Of a DNA stretch of 64,000 nucleotides, positions 12,726 through 26,116 are shown one piece after another. The translations under genes were made by a program, and so were the position numbers. A model generated the notes under the pieces. The model was not told where the DNA came from and searched no databases. It saw nothing but the letters and a program-made list of their open reading frames with translations. The DNA comes from Callorhinchus milii (lineage: Eukaryota), in assembly GCF_018977255.1 (NCBI RefSeq), contig NW_024704759.1, forward strand, positions 9,734,001-9,798,000. Reading direction: 5' to 3'. Each line of letters starts with the position of its first letter. Position 1 is the first letter of the stretch.

Positions 12726-15700
12726 TGGCTGATCTCAGTCAGGACAACAAATGGGACTTTGCACTTGGCTTAAATGTTTCGAGGTTAGGAAGCGGATAAT
12801 CAGTCAGAGTATAATGCCTCTTCCCCTCACCTTAATGTTCTAAGTTCTTAATCTTAACTATGGAGGGCAAGTGAAGGGAGTTATTGCCCTATAGGGGAGG
12901 AGAGAAAATGGAAGGTTGAGTCACTTTCTGGCCACTTGTTTGTCCACTGCGCCTGATCAGTCGGGTTGAGACAAACAAGTGAACAGGAGCTTCAGATCTT
13001 GTCTGTTTGCTTTGTCCCTAATTGAGACCACGCTTTTTTATCCATCCATGTGTAATTCATCAGGACATGGGAATTTATACCCATGTACCACCATTAAATT
13101 GGGTGGGGCGGGGCGGGGGGGTGGGCATTCTGCTTATAAGATTCATCTGATCAGATTAGGCACTTGGCTCACAGGGAGTTGACACATCATAACTTAAAAT
13201 GCTGTTATATTTATGCTTTTTGCATTGTATGTTGAACTCTAATTTTGTCCATTGATAGATGGCAAACAAGAAAATCCCAAACATGTGTAGCGTAATTGTG
13301 ATAAGCAAAGGTAGGTGCCCTCCTTATATATGTTACTCATTAACAAACAGCTCCCAGGCACTAATAAATATCCGTGGTGTTTATTCGGTGCATAGAAGCC
13401 ATTTATAAACCCAGTGGTTCTTGAATGTATTGCTTAATTAACATACAAGTGCTTCTAGAATACAATGAATACGGTTAATAGGGATGAGCATTTCAGTTTT
13501 TATTTAATTTATGCATTTTTTTCTCCTGAGATAATTTTTTTTAGGGAGAAGGCCAGAAGTCCGATGAAGATAATATTGGATAAAATGTACATTTTTTTTT
13601 ACATCTGATTTTCATTGATAATTTCCCAGCCAGTGGGCGGGCACCCATCTTCCGAGGTCTCAGACTTTGGTGCTCTGAAACCAGCCACTGGAAGGCTTGA
13701 GAGATGAGCTTGTGATGCCCAGTTTCCAGCGCCTTGGGATGTCCTCCAGACGTGAAAGGCGCTACACAAATGTAAGTTGATGGTGTTGTTTCTGTCTTTT
13801 CCTTCCCTGCCATAGAAAAGTGACTGCTGTTAGCTCAGACTACCTCAACTTCTCAAGATCAGGAACTCACCATGTGAGAAATTGTGGGCTCACCTGTAGT
13901 TGAGCCCATGCTATAGCTATAGCAGCAGAGGCAAGTGTGAACCTGACCTGTGTGTAGGAACAGGCTGTCCATGTTTAGAAACCTATTGTCAGGCCTAATG
14001 CTGCCTGTGATCACTGTCAACACTTGCACTTTTTAGCAGGAGCTAATGAACAGTGACCGGGAATGGGAGCTCTGTCCAATTTATAGGCTCCCAAGCCCAG
14101 GGGGTAGTGAGGATGTTCTACCACCACATTCCCTTCTACAGTGCTACCCTGGCTGAGAACAGATCAGGAAGTTAACTGTGGATGTCTTTGGTCTCTACAG
14201 CAGAGTATCATGATAAGGGTGCTATATAAATGTAAGTTGTTGTGATTGTTATTGGCCAAGTAATCATTCCTGTGCAGATGACCACTTGGAACTGGGGTGT
14301 GTCAGATTAGATCACATGAGTCTCATGATAACCAGACCCAAACTGTTTTACCAGAGGCCCTCTGTACCTTTGTGAACCAGCTACTATAGTCAATTCTCAC
14401 TCCTCCTTAGCCTTAGGTTATTGAAGCAAATTGTCACCTCCACCACCCTTTTTCCCTGAGCTTGTCTCACTCAGTAAGGACCACACATTGAACCAGAGAT
14501 TCTGCTAATCCTTTAAGATTCGCTTCCACAGCACCCAGCACCCTCTACCATTGGGGAAATATTTACTTCATACATGTGTCATTATTTTTTTTCTATTATC
14601 TAGAATAAATATTGATCCACTCCCTATTCCATGCTGCAGTTAGACATTGAGTTTGCATGAGTTCAAATGCATTTTGTACAGAAGCCCTTGTGGCTAGTTT
14701 AGATGAAAATATTTGTACGAAGTTGCAGTATTTGTACAGCATTCAAATTATACTAGCTAAAAGAACTCAATAAGGTTATTTGTGTATGATGCAAATAAAG
14801 TATGTATGTATATCTGTGTGTGTGTGTTAAAACCTTTTGTACCCTGAGCTACAATAACTATTAACTGGCAAATTTGAAACTGCACCTCAATGGACGCGAA
14901 AATGACTCAAATAGATTCAAGAAAAAAGACTAGAGGAAAATAGAAAATAAGTAATAATAATAAATCTTGCATTTGATATGGCAGTTTATAACATTGTCGA
15001 ATGTCTCAAAGCACTTCACAAGGTTTTACTGTAAAGTGCAGTGACTGTGTATTCAGACAGACCAGATTCCCTATAGACCAGGTTAATTCCTTAATTTTGT
15101 CACTGTTTTTATTCACTTGAATCCAACAGCCTGTGTTATCACTTTTCTCTTCCTCCCTCTAATTTTCTTGCCTCATCTTCTGAAGGTGCTGACTGAGACT
15201 GCGTCTGTGTACATGTTATCTGGCCTTCAGTACTTTGGCCAAGGGGTCATTTCTCATGTTGCAGCCTAGAGCCAAATGAGTATTGATGGGCTATTCAACT
15301 GTGAGAAGTACTGCAGCTGAAGCACTCTGGGATGCTACCCCGAGTGAAGAGCGCTATATAAATGCAAGTTGCTGTTGTTGGATAGAACCTGGACCTGCTT
15401 TCCCACAAGTTCACCTTCCAACAGGCGTCCATAGATAGTCATCAGGAGTTGGAACCCTGTGTGATGTCTTTCTAAGCATTGTGTTTACTACGCTCGTGTT
15501 GGCTGCTGCCTTTTCCAGCAGTAATTACACTTTAGAATATATCCTGTAAAGCACTTTGTGATATCCTCCTGACATGAAAGGCACTACACCAGTTGCTATA
15601 CCAATTGTAAGGATTATTAATATTTTATTTGCCAATGCCCCGGATTAAAGATCAAACATCAAGGTCCGTATGGCTCAGTTGCACAATAGGTCATGGGTCG

Positions 15701-17102
15701 TCCACTTGAGCTATTGGGCTATTGGTGTTTACCTTTTCTTGGACATGCTGATATCTGTTCCGAAATAGCAATGATTTCAGAACAGAGACGATCCCTCAGA
15801 AAGCTCAGAGGCTAGTCTTTCATATGCAAAATGGTCATGTGTTATCAATGATCAGCCGTCGTCATGAAAATTGGCCCAAACGTGGGCCCAGGGTGCCATC
15901 CGTGCATCACTTAACAGTCGAGTCTGTCACTTACCACAGAAGATAAGAGGATTGACAGGCACTGACTGCTAAGCTGGTACAAGCTCCAAGAACAGAAACC
16001 AGGCCCTTGTTAATTAACGTTACGATGTAGGTGGGGTTTTTTTTGGCTGCACGATTGAACTAAAATTAAAGAAAAATGTAGTGATACATTTACATTTCAC
16101 AGCACACTCCCAGGTGCACAAAATACAAGCAGGCAGCAGTGCCTCTTTAAGGCTAAAAAAAAAAGCTTTTATTTGTTATTTTGCACAAAATGAGTATTAC
16201 ATGTATCAATCAAATTTGAGGCATCAAAAAAAATGGGGTTCATTTTTTTCCTCTCTCTGTGCCTGTCCTTCTATGTGATGCTCAGCATGTAAACATTGAT
16301 TACAAAAGGTTATTTCATGAGTGTGAAGGAGCCATAACTTGCCAAGACCTGACCTCTGATCATCATTTGTTAAATTTTGTTTGGACAGTATTATTCTTAA
16401 ACTCTCTATTCCCCCTCCCCCCACGCAGAGTGTACATGTCAGGCCCCAAGGATTTGTATAGAAGAGAGAGGTTTAATTCTCGAATTTACACAAAGAACTG
16501 CTCAGCCACAGCTAAGTTAAAGCCTCAGTGTCGTCAGGAATTTCTTCTGAGAATGAATTCCTGTCAACAAATATTCACAGCTTGAGGTCTTTTCTGCTGT
16601 GGAGCAGCGGGTTAGTAATAGCACAGAGGGTGGCATACAGATTTTGTTGAGTAAAGGGCATTTTAGACCGTTTCAAACTAAATGATGAAAGTATTTCAAT
16701 TGAGATCCATCTATTGAAATTGTACAAAGCACTATCTACAGCAAAATCATAGAAAGCGGAATTTTGTTGATTTCCATCTTTGATATTACTGGACTATCTC
16801 CTCATTAAGCGTTTAAGTCCCACATGTTCTAAATATCTGTGAACAAGAATTTCTTGTTTGCAAGCAAGAAATTCTTGCTGCTGGAGCTTTAAAATCTGGG
16901 TACGTCATTTATATAGCAGAGTAAATGCTGCTGGTGAAGAAAAAAGTGTAACCTTTAGGCAGTGAAGCTGGATTTGTATTGTAGTAATGATAGGGGAACA
17001 AATAGATGTACCACAGAGAAAATGGAGAGAATCAGAGATTTGCAGCACAGAAAAAAACCTTTTTTGGCCCATCTGCCTGTACTGGCTCTTTGAGGAAGCT
17101 AA

Positions 17103-17432
17103 ATAATAATAATATCAATAATAATCTTTACCAAATCATCAAAACATATCAAAGTGCTTCACAAGACTTACCTTAAAGTGTAGTGATTGTATATTTGTAG
17201 GTGAACACAGCAGCCAATTTGTGCATAGCAATGTCCCCCAAACAACCATGAAGTGAATGGCCAATTTTATTTGGAGGAATGTTAGATGGGACACAGGGCA
17301 AAACTCCCTTCTCTTTTTGAGTAGTGCCATACGGGATATTTAATGTCCATCTGAATTGGCAGATGGAATCTACAACAACAACTATCTAGGTTTAATATCT
17401 CATCAAAAGGACGGTACCTCTGACAATGCAGG
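17103..17432 (-). mobile_element. Older Deu-domain SINE (SacSINE1/AmnSINE1-like) with fuller core
   Basis: agtagtgccatacgggatatttaatgtccatctg...ggtttaatatctcatcaaaaggacggtacctctgacaatgcag resembles the Deu core as I recall it. Confidence 0.7.
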
Positions 17433-20400
17433 AACTAGGTTGATGCTGCTCCAATGGATGGTCAAGGTTTGGTCCCAGATTTGGGTTAAGTTAGTTGTCT
17501 CACATAGGAGCACTATTATTGGCCTTAATGCCCCAAGGGCTCCTACTGGATATTGAAGTCAGGGCAGGATCAGCCTTTGATTGTCATTCCCCAACCATCA
17601 CTCAGTAGCTAATCTCTCACATGAAGAATGGCCACTCGGATGTGCTATCAAATGACTGCGAAAGACCTTAACCCCACATACATCAGCCCCTCTGGAGAAG
17701 AGAGACGAAAGGGGAGGAGAACTCGAGAGAGAGAATATGAATGATGTCTATTTCATCAACATGTTATAACCCTATTAAAATGCTGAGAAATTCCAATAAA
17801 GTGTCACAGAAAATAGTGTGAAACTCAAAAGACTTTTTCTCTCGGCTCTGCTTAGGGTATATAAAGTGCCAACGGTGAGTTGTTATCTTTTCATAAGATA
17901 GTTTCATTCCACATGTAAACAATAATAATCCTTGCATTTGATATAACGTCTTATCACATCTTCGAGAAGTCTCAAAGGACTTCACAGAATATACGGTAAA
18001 GTAAATAGGCTGTATATTTTATGATCGAAAATCTGTAAAGGGCAGCAATTGGTGACCGGTATTTCCTGGCAAACATGGTAAAGCCTGGCATTCATTCATA
18101 GAGTGAAGAATAGAGTGTTTCAATGAAGGGAAGGAAAAGCTCGTACTATGAAGTACGACAGAACGACTGCAGCCACCTGTGTTCCTGTCAGGCCAGGTGA
18201 CCTTGTTCTGAACCCATGAATAATCACTTGGAAATGGTGATAATCTCTATCCATAACCAAACGATTATCCATGGCTGTTATTGGTGGAATTTCTGCCAGG
18301 TGAAAGGGATAAATGGAATATTCACACTGTCGACGTTCTGTTATGTCACTTGAGTAATTGATATTTCGGATTCAGTCAATCACAGAATGAACGGCATAAT
18401 GCACTGTCATTGATACAGTGATCCTCCTCACAGTGTGGCCTACAACATGACAGCCAAGTGCTTGATGTTATCCATATAATTGACACGCCAGTGTCAATGT
18501 GGTAAAGTGGCTTGCACGAAAGTTTTCGGTATTTGTAAGCACTGATGACATAATTTGTGACATGTCAATGTAATTCACCCGACCAACATGTTGGCCATTA
18601 CTAATTCACCAAATCTTTTTAAACCCTTTCCATTTAAGACTTTGACATTAACAGCAGGATTAAAGAGATAGAAGAAAAAATGACACAATCTGACACATTA
18701 CAGTAATCCATCATAACCAGCAGTCAACAGTGACTGACCAGAACTAATACACGGTGAGCGTGAGGATTCTGTGTTAACCACCACCTTGAGCTCTAGTCTA
18801 CCCATTTGGGTTCAGGTACTCATTTCAAACAAAGAGAGCTAAAGATCATGTGTCAAAATTGACACGGAAATTGGCTGACACTGATTATGGAAGACTAAGA
18901 GGTAGAGCAGGGGTAACCGAGAGGAGGGTGAAAGTATGAATGAGCACTGCTATTGTGCAGGTTTATTCAGTGGGAAACAGATGTTTTCAATCCTAAATAA
19001 ATGAGCTATGGTCCACATAGTTGCAAAGGGGTCATTGGTGTGAGAACAAATACACCGATGCTTTCTTTAGATGTCAGGGTACCTCGGATATGATTCGAGT
19101 ATAAATGCAATCTAAATTAACATGGAACCATCAATGTGCATCCTTTTACACTGTGGGATGGAATTCAAAGACAGGCAGTAACAATGATGCAAATGTCCTG
19201 TATGAACCGATAGTTGGTTCTAAACCATAAGCATTATTTTCTGGCTGGGACTCTCCCCGATCTCAGGAAGATCCAATCATATGTTGACCATTCCATATTG
19301 TTGTAGAAACATTCGAGCACCTCAGCCCGGTGCATTGTGCCTGCAGAGTGGACCGTTTGACCCGCTGTTGCAAACAACAGCAACAAATTACATTTGTGTA
19401 GTGCCTTTCACATCAGGAGGAGGTCTCTAGGTGCTGGAGAGGCAAGGCTTAGTCTGATACCTTGATGAAGTCACCATTCTTTGTTTGTCAGCTTCCAAAG
19501 CTAGAGTCGGTGGGTTATTTGACAATGGAAGGCACCACAACCAAAGCCTGACCCTGTCCTGAGCCAACACTCAGATGCACACACTTGCCAGCCAGGATCA
19601 ATGAATAGCAATTAGGAACGGGAACTCTGTCTGACTTTTCCCTTCTATACTGCAGACCTTAAAGCCAATTACTCCAGATTGTGAGACCCTCCTCTTCAAG
19701 ACTGCTTCCTCACGTGGAGCTCGGTCCATTAGACACAAACTCAGTCAAAAGCTGAGTTAATCATCACTTGGTTCAGGATGCATTTTAGACAATGGGAAAT
19801 CCGTTACTTTCCTTTTTGGTGCGACACTGGAATTTCTTCTGTTCTCTGTTTACATAGAAGTGTAGACCAGGGCCCAACCTACGAGACCACTGTCTTTGTT
19901 ATGGTTGCTGTCAGTAATGCACAGTTCTTTGTTACTGTATTCTGTACAGACCTTTTTTGATAATGAAATGTTGCGGTGAAGTTGCAACGCTGACAGTATC
20001 TTCTTGCACCCTGTTGTCAGACCACCGAATACTCAAAACAAATACAAAATGTAACTCAGTAAACCATCAGGAAACGGGTCTGCTGCGAAGGCAGGTTAAC
20101 CTGATACTGTGCTAGGAGCGACACTGAAGCTAAATATTTCAAAAACATTTAGAAGGGACACAATAATATTATTTCAAAAGTGGTTACATCTGTATCTTCA
20201 TGCTGGAGTGTAAGTTTGTGTTGACAATTTGTAGGTATTAGCAATAGTGATTCCAGCGATTGTGTGTCACCAGGAAAATCATTATGTGTCACCTGGTTTT
20301 ACTGAACACGATAATATTTTCCCTGAAGAACTCGTGCAGTTTACTCTGTCCGAAAGTAATGTTGTCTAAAGCTGAAGCAAGGTATAAATCTAGAGCTTGT

Positions 20401-21933
20401 AGTTTGCTGACAAGGACTCGCCATCAAACTCTGGTAACCTGGCATCACTGTGTTAACATCTTGTGTTAACAGCTTTTTTAAAATCTATTTTAATCCGGTA
20501 AATATTAAAGCTCTGGCTAACTTTCATTCCACAAGTGCTTGATATTGTTCGTGAGTGTAAATTTACTCCAGAACTGCACGTTGCTTTATAAGTATAAAGT
20601 TGTGATAAAATAATAATAATCCTTGCATTTGATCTTTGCATTTTGTAGAATTATTCGTTGGTTTACAATCCGATTGATAATTTAGCCAATGGAATGGATT
20701 GGAGCAGAGAGACAGCTGTTAAGGCAGGATATTAATATTGCTAGTGATATTTAAATACTCCAGGGTGTGTTGCATCGCTGCTTTGCAACTTTCGAAAATA
20801 TATTCAAATGTGTACCAGACTTCTTTTTTGCCTTATTGTTCTTATATTTTTTTTCCTTCTCTCCGGAAGGGACAGACATGAAATGTTGGGATATAGTTCC
20901 AGAGTTGCCATTCCTTCCACCAATACCTCATCCAAGTGGCCACTCTTCACCTGGGCACCAGTAGACTGTTGGAACCAGTTGACTATAATTCTGCACTTGC
21001 ACACACTTACCAGCAGCTATCATTGGATAGCATTCAGCTAATTTGTTTTCTTTCTAGTCCAGGGACGCAGTCCCCTGCCCCACCGACTGACACCGGCTAA
21101 CTCAGCGCGGAGCAGGGAATAACTCTGGGATGTAACATTATAACAAGGAATGAATATTTATCCAGGCTACAAAGCTTGACTTTGAACTATGAAACTCGAG
21201 TGTGGTCTCACACAAAGGATAAAGTGGTGAAGTCGTGCTATTTGTTTTCCTTTCTTTTTCTCACCTCTTCCTTGCAGTTATGGGCAAAGGTCTTGAATTG
21301 TCTCAGCCAGGTCACCCTTGTTGATGTGTGGCGTAGACTGTCGATAGTTTATTGAATGATTGTGAACATTCCAGCTAAACCTAATCTCTACTGTACAGGT
21401 ATTAAGTAAGGGGTAGGCGATTTCCCAAGAGAGAGTGGGGGGAGAACTGAAACAGCAATTCATTTCAGTTCATATTCTCACTACCTCCTAGAGACTAGAT
21501 GCAGAGTGTCTCTGAGAAAAAGCTAACTAGATCGCTGGAGAGTAACTTTACCACAGAGAGATCATAAGAGGAGATAAGAAAATAATTTTAAAAGAAAGTG
21601 TAGTTAAAAACAATTGCAGCGACTTCAATTGTTATCATATGTGTCGGGTGTTAAGGCAGGCTGCAGTTGAAGTGGTTCCTGTTGTCTGACTAACAGATTA
21701 ATTATCTAGTATCTTTAATCCGTGATAAAATAAAACAATATTGTTGCCTACAGCAACTGTAGTCATTCTTTAGATTGAAAAACAAATGGTTGGTCTGAGC
21801 ACTGTGGAGCCGAGCAATAAGTTGGAGTCAGATGATCATTCAGCAAAGGTTTAACCGTCCCATAATTTTCCCATGTTTGTCTTTTTCATGTTTTCTGCCA
21901 AATCTTAGCACCGGGCAACTGGACAATCTGACA

Positions 21934-22235
21934 TGGCTCAGCTGTAGCACTCTCACCTCTGAGTGAGAAGATTGGGAATTCAAACCTCACGTTGAGACTT
22001 TGAACTGGGAAAGGTGCCATCCTTTGGATGAAACATTAAACTGAGGACCCACCTGCCTGGATGTTAAGAACCCCATGGCACTGTCATGGCCATCAATCAC
22101 TCAGATAAAATTGGTCATTCACTTCATGGCTGTTGATGGGCTGAGTGTAAATTGGCTGCCATCTTCCATATTTGCCTACAAAATACAGTGACTACACTCT
22201 ACAGTAATTCCTGTGAAGTGTTTTGAGATGTGTTT
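21934..22235 (+). mobile_element. Older Deu-domain SINE (SacSINE1-like)
   Basis: Head tggctcagctgtagcactctcacctctgagtgagaag; core ggtgccatcctttggatgaaacattaaactgagg...cccatggcact. Confidence 0.7.
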
Positions 22236-22897
22236 ATGACTCGGCAGAAATGTCACACTGATGAGGGAGGGATGCTCTTCTTCAAATTGAGACAGATTTA
22301 CATTTTTTGGGTGGAGGGAGGAAACTCATATTTTGTCTGACCTAATGCATGGCGCTAACATAGGATACCCAAAGGCAGGGTGTTTCCCTTACTGTCCAAT
22401 ACTTCTTCCAAAAAAAACTGTATAAAAAGTGGTGGCATTGGCAATAAGATAAAATGGAGACATTAGTGAGTACACAGTAACTACTACAACTAAATCCACT
22501 TTGAAGCACTTTGAGATATTTTGACTGTGATAAGCCACTATATCAAATGCAAGGATTATTTTTATTACAGATTTGATCTAAGTGCATAACTTTATTTGTT
22601 TAAGGATTCTTCCCCTCCCTCCTGAAAACAAAATCCATCGATTACAGATAGCTAATGCTTGTTGTGTTTCTCCAATCTTCTTTGACTTAAGTTACCTGAA
22701 AAATCATAAATGGATAATAGAATTGGAATATTCAAAACAGAATAGTCTGTAGCAAGTAGAACTGCTTCTGATATTGTCAATTTTCACCTATCAAAACTGA
22801 AGCAAGGGTTATTCTCTTTCTCCAAAAAGTGCTAAATAATTGTGCAGTGATTTGAGATGTCATGAAAGTTGCTATATCAAATGTAACAATTATTCCA

Positions 22898-23120
22898 TAG
22901 GTTTAGAGTTGCAATGGGCAATTTCAGGACAGATACCAGGAAATTGCTCTTTTGCCCAGTTGTAATTAACAACTGTAACAGATTGCCTGAAATGGTGGTT
23001 AAGACCAGGACACTGGACTCATTTAAAAAAAAGCTTGTGATTGTGATGGGAGGAGAGCAGTGAGGAGCAATGAGATCAGATGGGCTAAAGGGCCTTCTTT
23101 GTCCAAATCAATCTTGTGCT
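22898..23120 (+). mobile_element. CR1 LINE 3' end
   Basis: ttcaggacagataccaggaaa...aacagattgcctg...tcatttaaaaaaaagctt...agatgggctaaagggccttctt, i.e. CR1 ORF2 end plus 3'UTR stem. Confidence 0.65.
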
Positions 23121-23539
23121 CGCTGAGAATGGGAAGGAGGAGGAAGTAGAAGAAATATTATTTTCATTCTTTACATGATGAAAGGAAGAATGTGATCTCA
23201 GCCACTTGTGAAGAAAACATTATCACCTTCTCTAGTCAGCTAAATAAATTGCACTATATTTACTGCAACAATAATAATGATCCTTACATTTGATAAATTG
23301 ACTTTCACATAGGAAGGTTGTTTCAAAGAATCTTTACAGGATATTACTGTAAAGTGTAATAACAGTATATTTTGTAGGTGAATGCAACTTGTCACAGCAG
23401 TGTTCCACAATTAGTCACCAAGTGAATGACCAAGGCTTTTGTATGCAACTTTTGCCGACGGCTTCTTTGCACCAAACACTTACTGTATACCTTTTAAAAT
23501 AGTCAGTACTATTTCACTTATTGGAAAAGATGGGAAGTG

Positions 23540-24296
23540 CGATCTTGGATATGACAGAATTTTGGCAAGATAGAAGCCTTGGAAAATCTGAGGGTTTGTC
23601 TCAAAGTGATACCATTGCTTGCTCGCTTGTATTAGAGAAGTGAAAGGGGAGGTGAAGGGGGGGCAGGGGAGTCACTTACATTACTTTTTGTGTAGTTGAG
23701 ACCCTGCATTTTAATCTATAATTACTGATTCAGTCATGACCACAATTGATACCACATATGAAGTGTGTCAGTGCAATGCAGCGGCTTAATTTTCCATCGG
23801 TTATTTTTAACTCAGAAGTAATGTTGATCACATGGCGTGACCTTGGTTTATGTCTGCTGTCACATTTGTGACAATTTTTTTTTTATTAATCTGCCTCATT
23901 CTGCCGCACAACCATTGCCACCGAGTTAGCAGCACAGGTGGCATATGGAAACTATTATCAGCAATGCGGGAAATCCAGACGATTCTTTGACTTTACGCTT
24001 TACCATCCCGGATCCTATTCCTTATGGATCGTGAGATACTTGTAAGTCTGTAGTGAAATATGCAGGTCAAGTTTTTAAATCTGCAAACATACAAATGGAG
24101 TTTGTCCCAGGGATCAATTTGATTTGCACCCATGAAAAGCACACACTGATGGCAGTGGATGGCAGTACCAGTTTGCAGAGGTGACATGCTGATGACAATC
24201 AATAGGGAAGTCTGTGCTGTTTGCAGCTCAACTCGAGATATCTTACCCTGCTACTGATGGCACACCAAAGGTGTAGATAAGATATTGTTTCATTCA
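23540..24296 (+). repeat. Left arm of a near-perfect ~755-bp inverted duplication
   Basis: Reverse complement of 26117-26871. The only difference I saw is a T10 vs A8 homopolymer. The ORF track shows the same 69-aa ORF in both arms. Confidence 0.95.
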
Positions 24297-24731
24297 CACC
24301 ACACCAACCCCCCACCCCCCCCCACACACCCCCACACACACACCCAACCAACCCCCACCCCACACACCCCATCCAACCAACCCCCCCACACCCCCACCAC
24401 ACACCCACCCAACCAACCCCCACACCCCCCACACCCACACACACACCCCCACCCCAACAACACACCCCACCCAACCAACCAACCCCCCACACACACCCCC
24501 ACACACACCCCACACACACACCAACCAAACCCCCCACACACCCCCACCCAACCAAACCCCCCACACACCCCCACCCCACACAACACACCCACCCAACCAA
24601 CCCCCACACACCCCCCCCCCACCACACACCCCCCACCCCACACAACACACACCCAACCAACCCGACCCCCACCCAACCAACCCCCACCCCACACACCCCA
24701 CCCCCAACCAACCCCCACCCACACACACACA
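24297..24731. repeat. C/A-only low-complexity minisatellite (CCAA/CACA/CCCC units)
   Basis: About 430 bp almost devoid of G and T; source of the spurious HPT and GVW ORFs. Confidence 0.95.
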
Positions 24732-26116
24732 TCTCATGATCACATTTGATCTTGTCCTTCCTTCCCACCCCCCCCTCTCAATCTTCTACCCAACACCCAC
24801 CTCCCCAATTCATTTATCCATCTATCTATCTCTATCTATCTATCTGTTTGTGTCTGTCTATCTATCTATCTGCCCCTTTCCTTTCCATTTATCCTTCCAA
24901 TTTCCGTTTTATTTTTTACCCCCCCCCCACCATTTGTCTCTTGTTGTTCGCGCACACACATACACCTTCGCCCTCATTGATCATTTCCCCCCCCTTTTAT
25001 TCACCCCCTTTTCTCCATTCTTTTATCCCTTTTCCCCCTTCTACTTATCCTGTTTTGCCCCCTTTTCCATTCATTTAGCCCACCCCCCCACCCACCATTT
25101 CACTTTTTTTCCCTTCGTTTTTAGTAATAATTCAAATAATCCAATAAATTATTATTGATAAATTATTACTGCCAAAACAGAATCCAAAGGTGCACAAAGT
25201 TCTTTCACAGTCAGCTTTTACCTTCCAAATTCACTTCCAAAGAAGATATCAAATGATGTCCCAATTTAGGAAATTATTCCAAACTGTTTAATTGGAGGAG
25301 GTTGTTGATGAAGCTGAACAAATAATAATAATAATAATCCTTGCATTTGATAGAATGCCTTATCACCTTCTTCGAGACGTCTCAAAGCGCTTCACATGAT
25401 ATACTGTGAGCGCTTTCAAGTGCTTTGAGACACCTTCCTGACATGAAAGGCACTAAATAAATGCAAAAAACACTGCACTGGAGCATCAGTTGAGACGAAG
25501 AGTTGAACGTCCCTGGCACAGGACACAAACCCCTCGTGGTACTATCAACCAAGCCAAATTCTGATTTGCCATTGCTTTTTTGCAGCTAAAGAAAAGTTCA
25601 AGACTTAAAAATGTCAAAGCAAAATGGTTTCAGAAACTGAAAGATGATTGCTTAGAGACTCTTCACAAAAGGAAACTGGGGAAAACTGGAGGTCGGGTGG
25701 ATGGGGGGAGGAACTCTTAAGTGCACAGCTCCCTTTTTCCAATCTTGGCAAAGTTAAACACAATAACAATTTACGTTTATATACAGTGATGCTTTTCAAG
25801 ACGCAAGGACGTCTCAAAGCGCTTTGCACAGCTGACTGGGAGCTCAAGCTGGGGATGGGTGTTGAGGCAGATGGGGAAGGAGAGGTGACTGAAATCCCAG
25901 TTGAAAAGATAGATCTTAAATATATAAAGATAATATTCTTGTGGAGGAATTGATGCATTTTATCGGATAAGAGTAATGAACCATTTCTGTCCATCTTAAA
26001 TATGCATATAGCAGAAATGTTCTACTGCAATTGCTTGACGTGCAACAAGGGTATATTGCTTGTACTGCCTGAGGACAAAGAAACTATAAAACAAGCCACT
26101 GTTCATAGATCAGACT

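Noticed and set aside
24199-25158. Long G/V/W/C-rich and H/P/T-rich ORFs
   Set aside because: Translations of a C/A minisatellite and pyrimidine-rich low-complexity DNA that lack stop codons.
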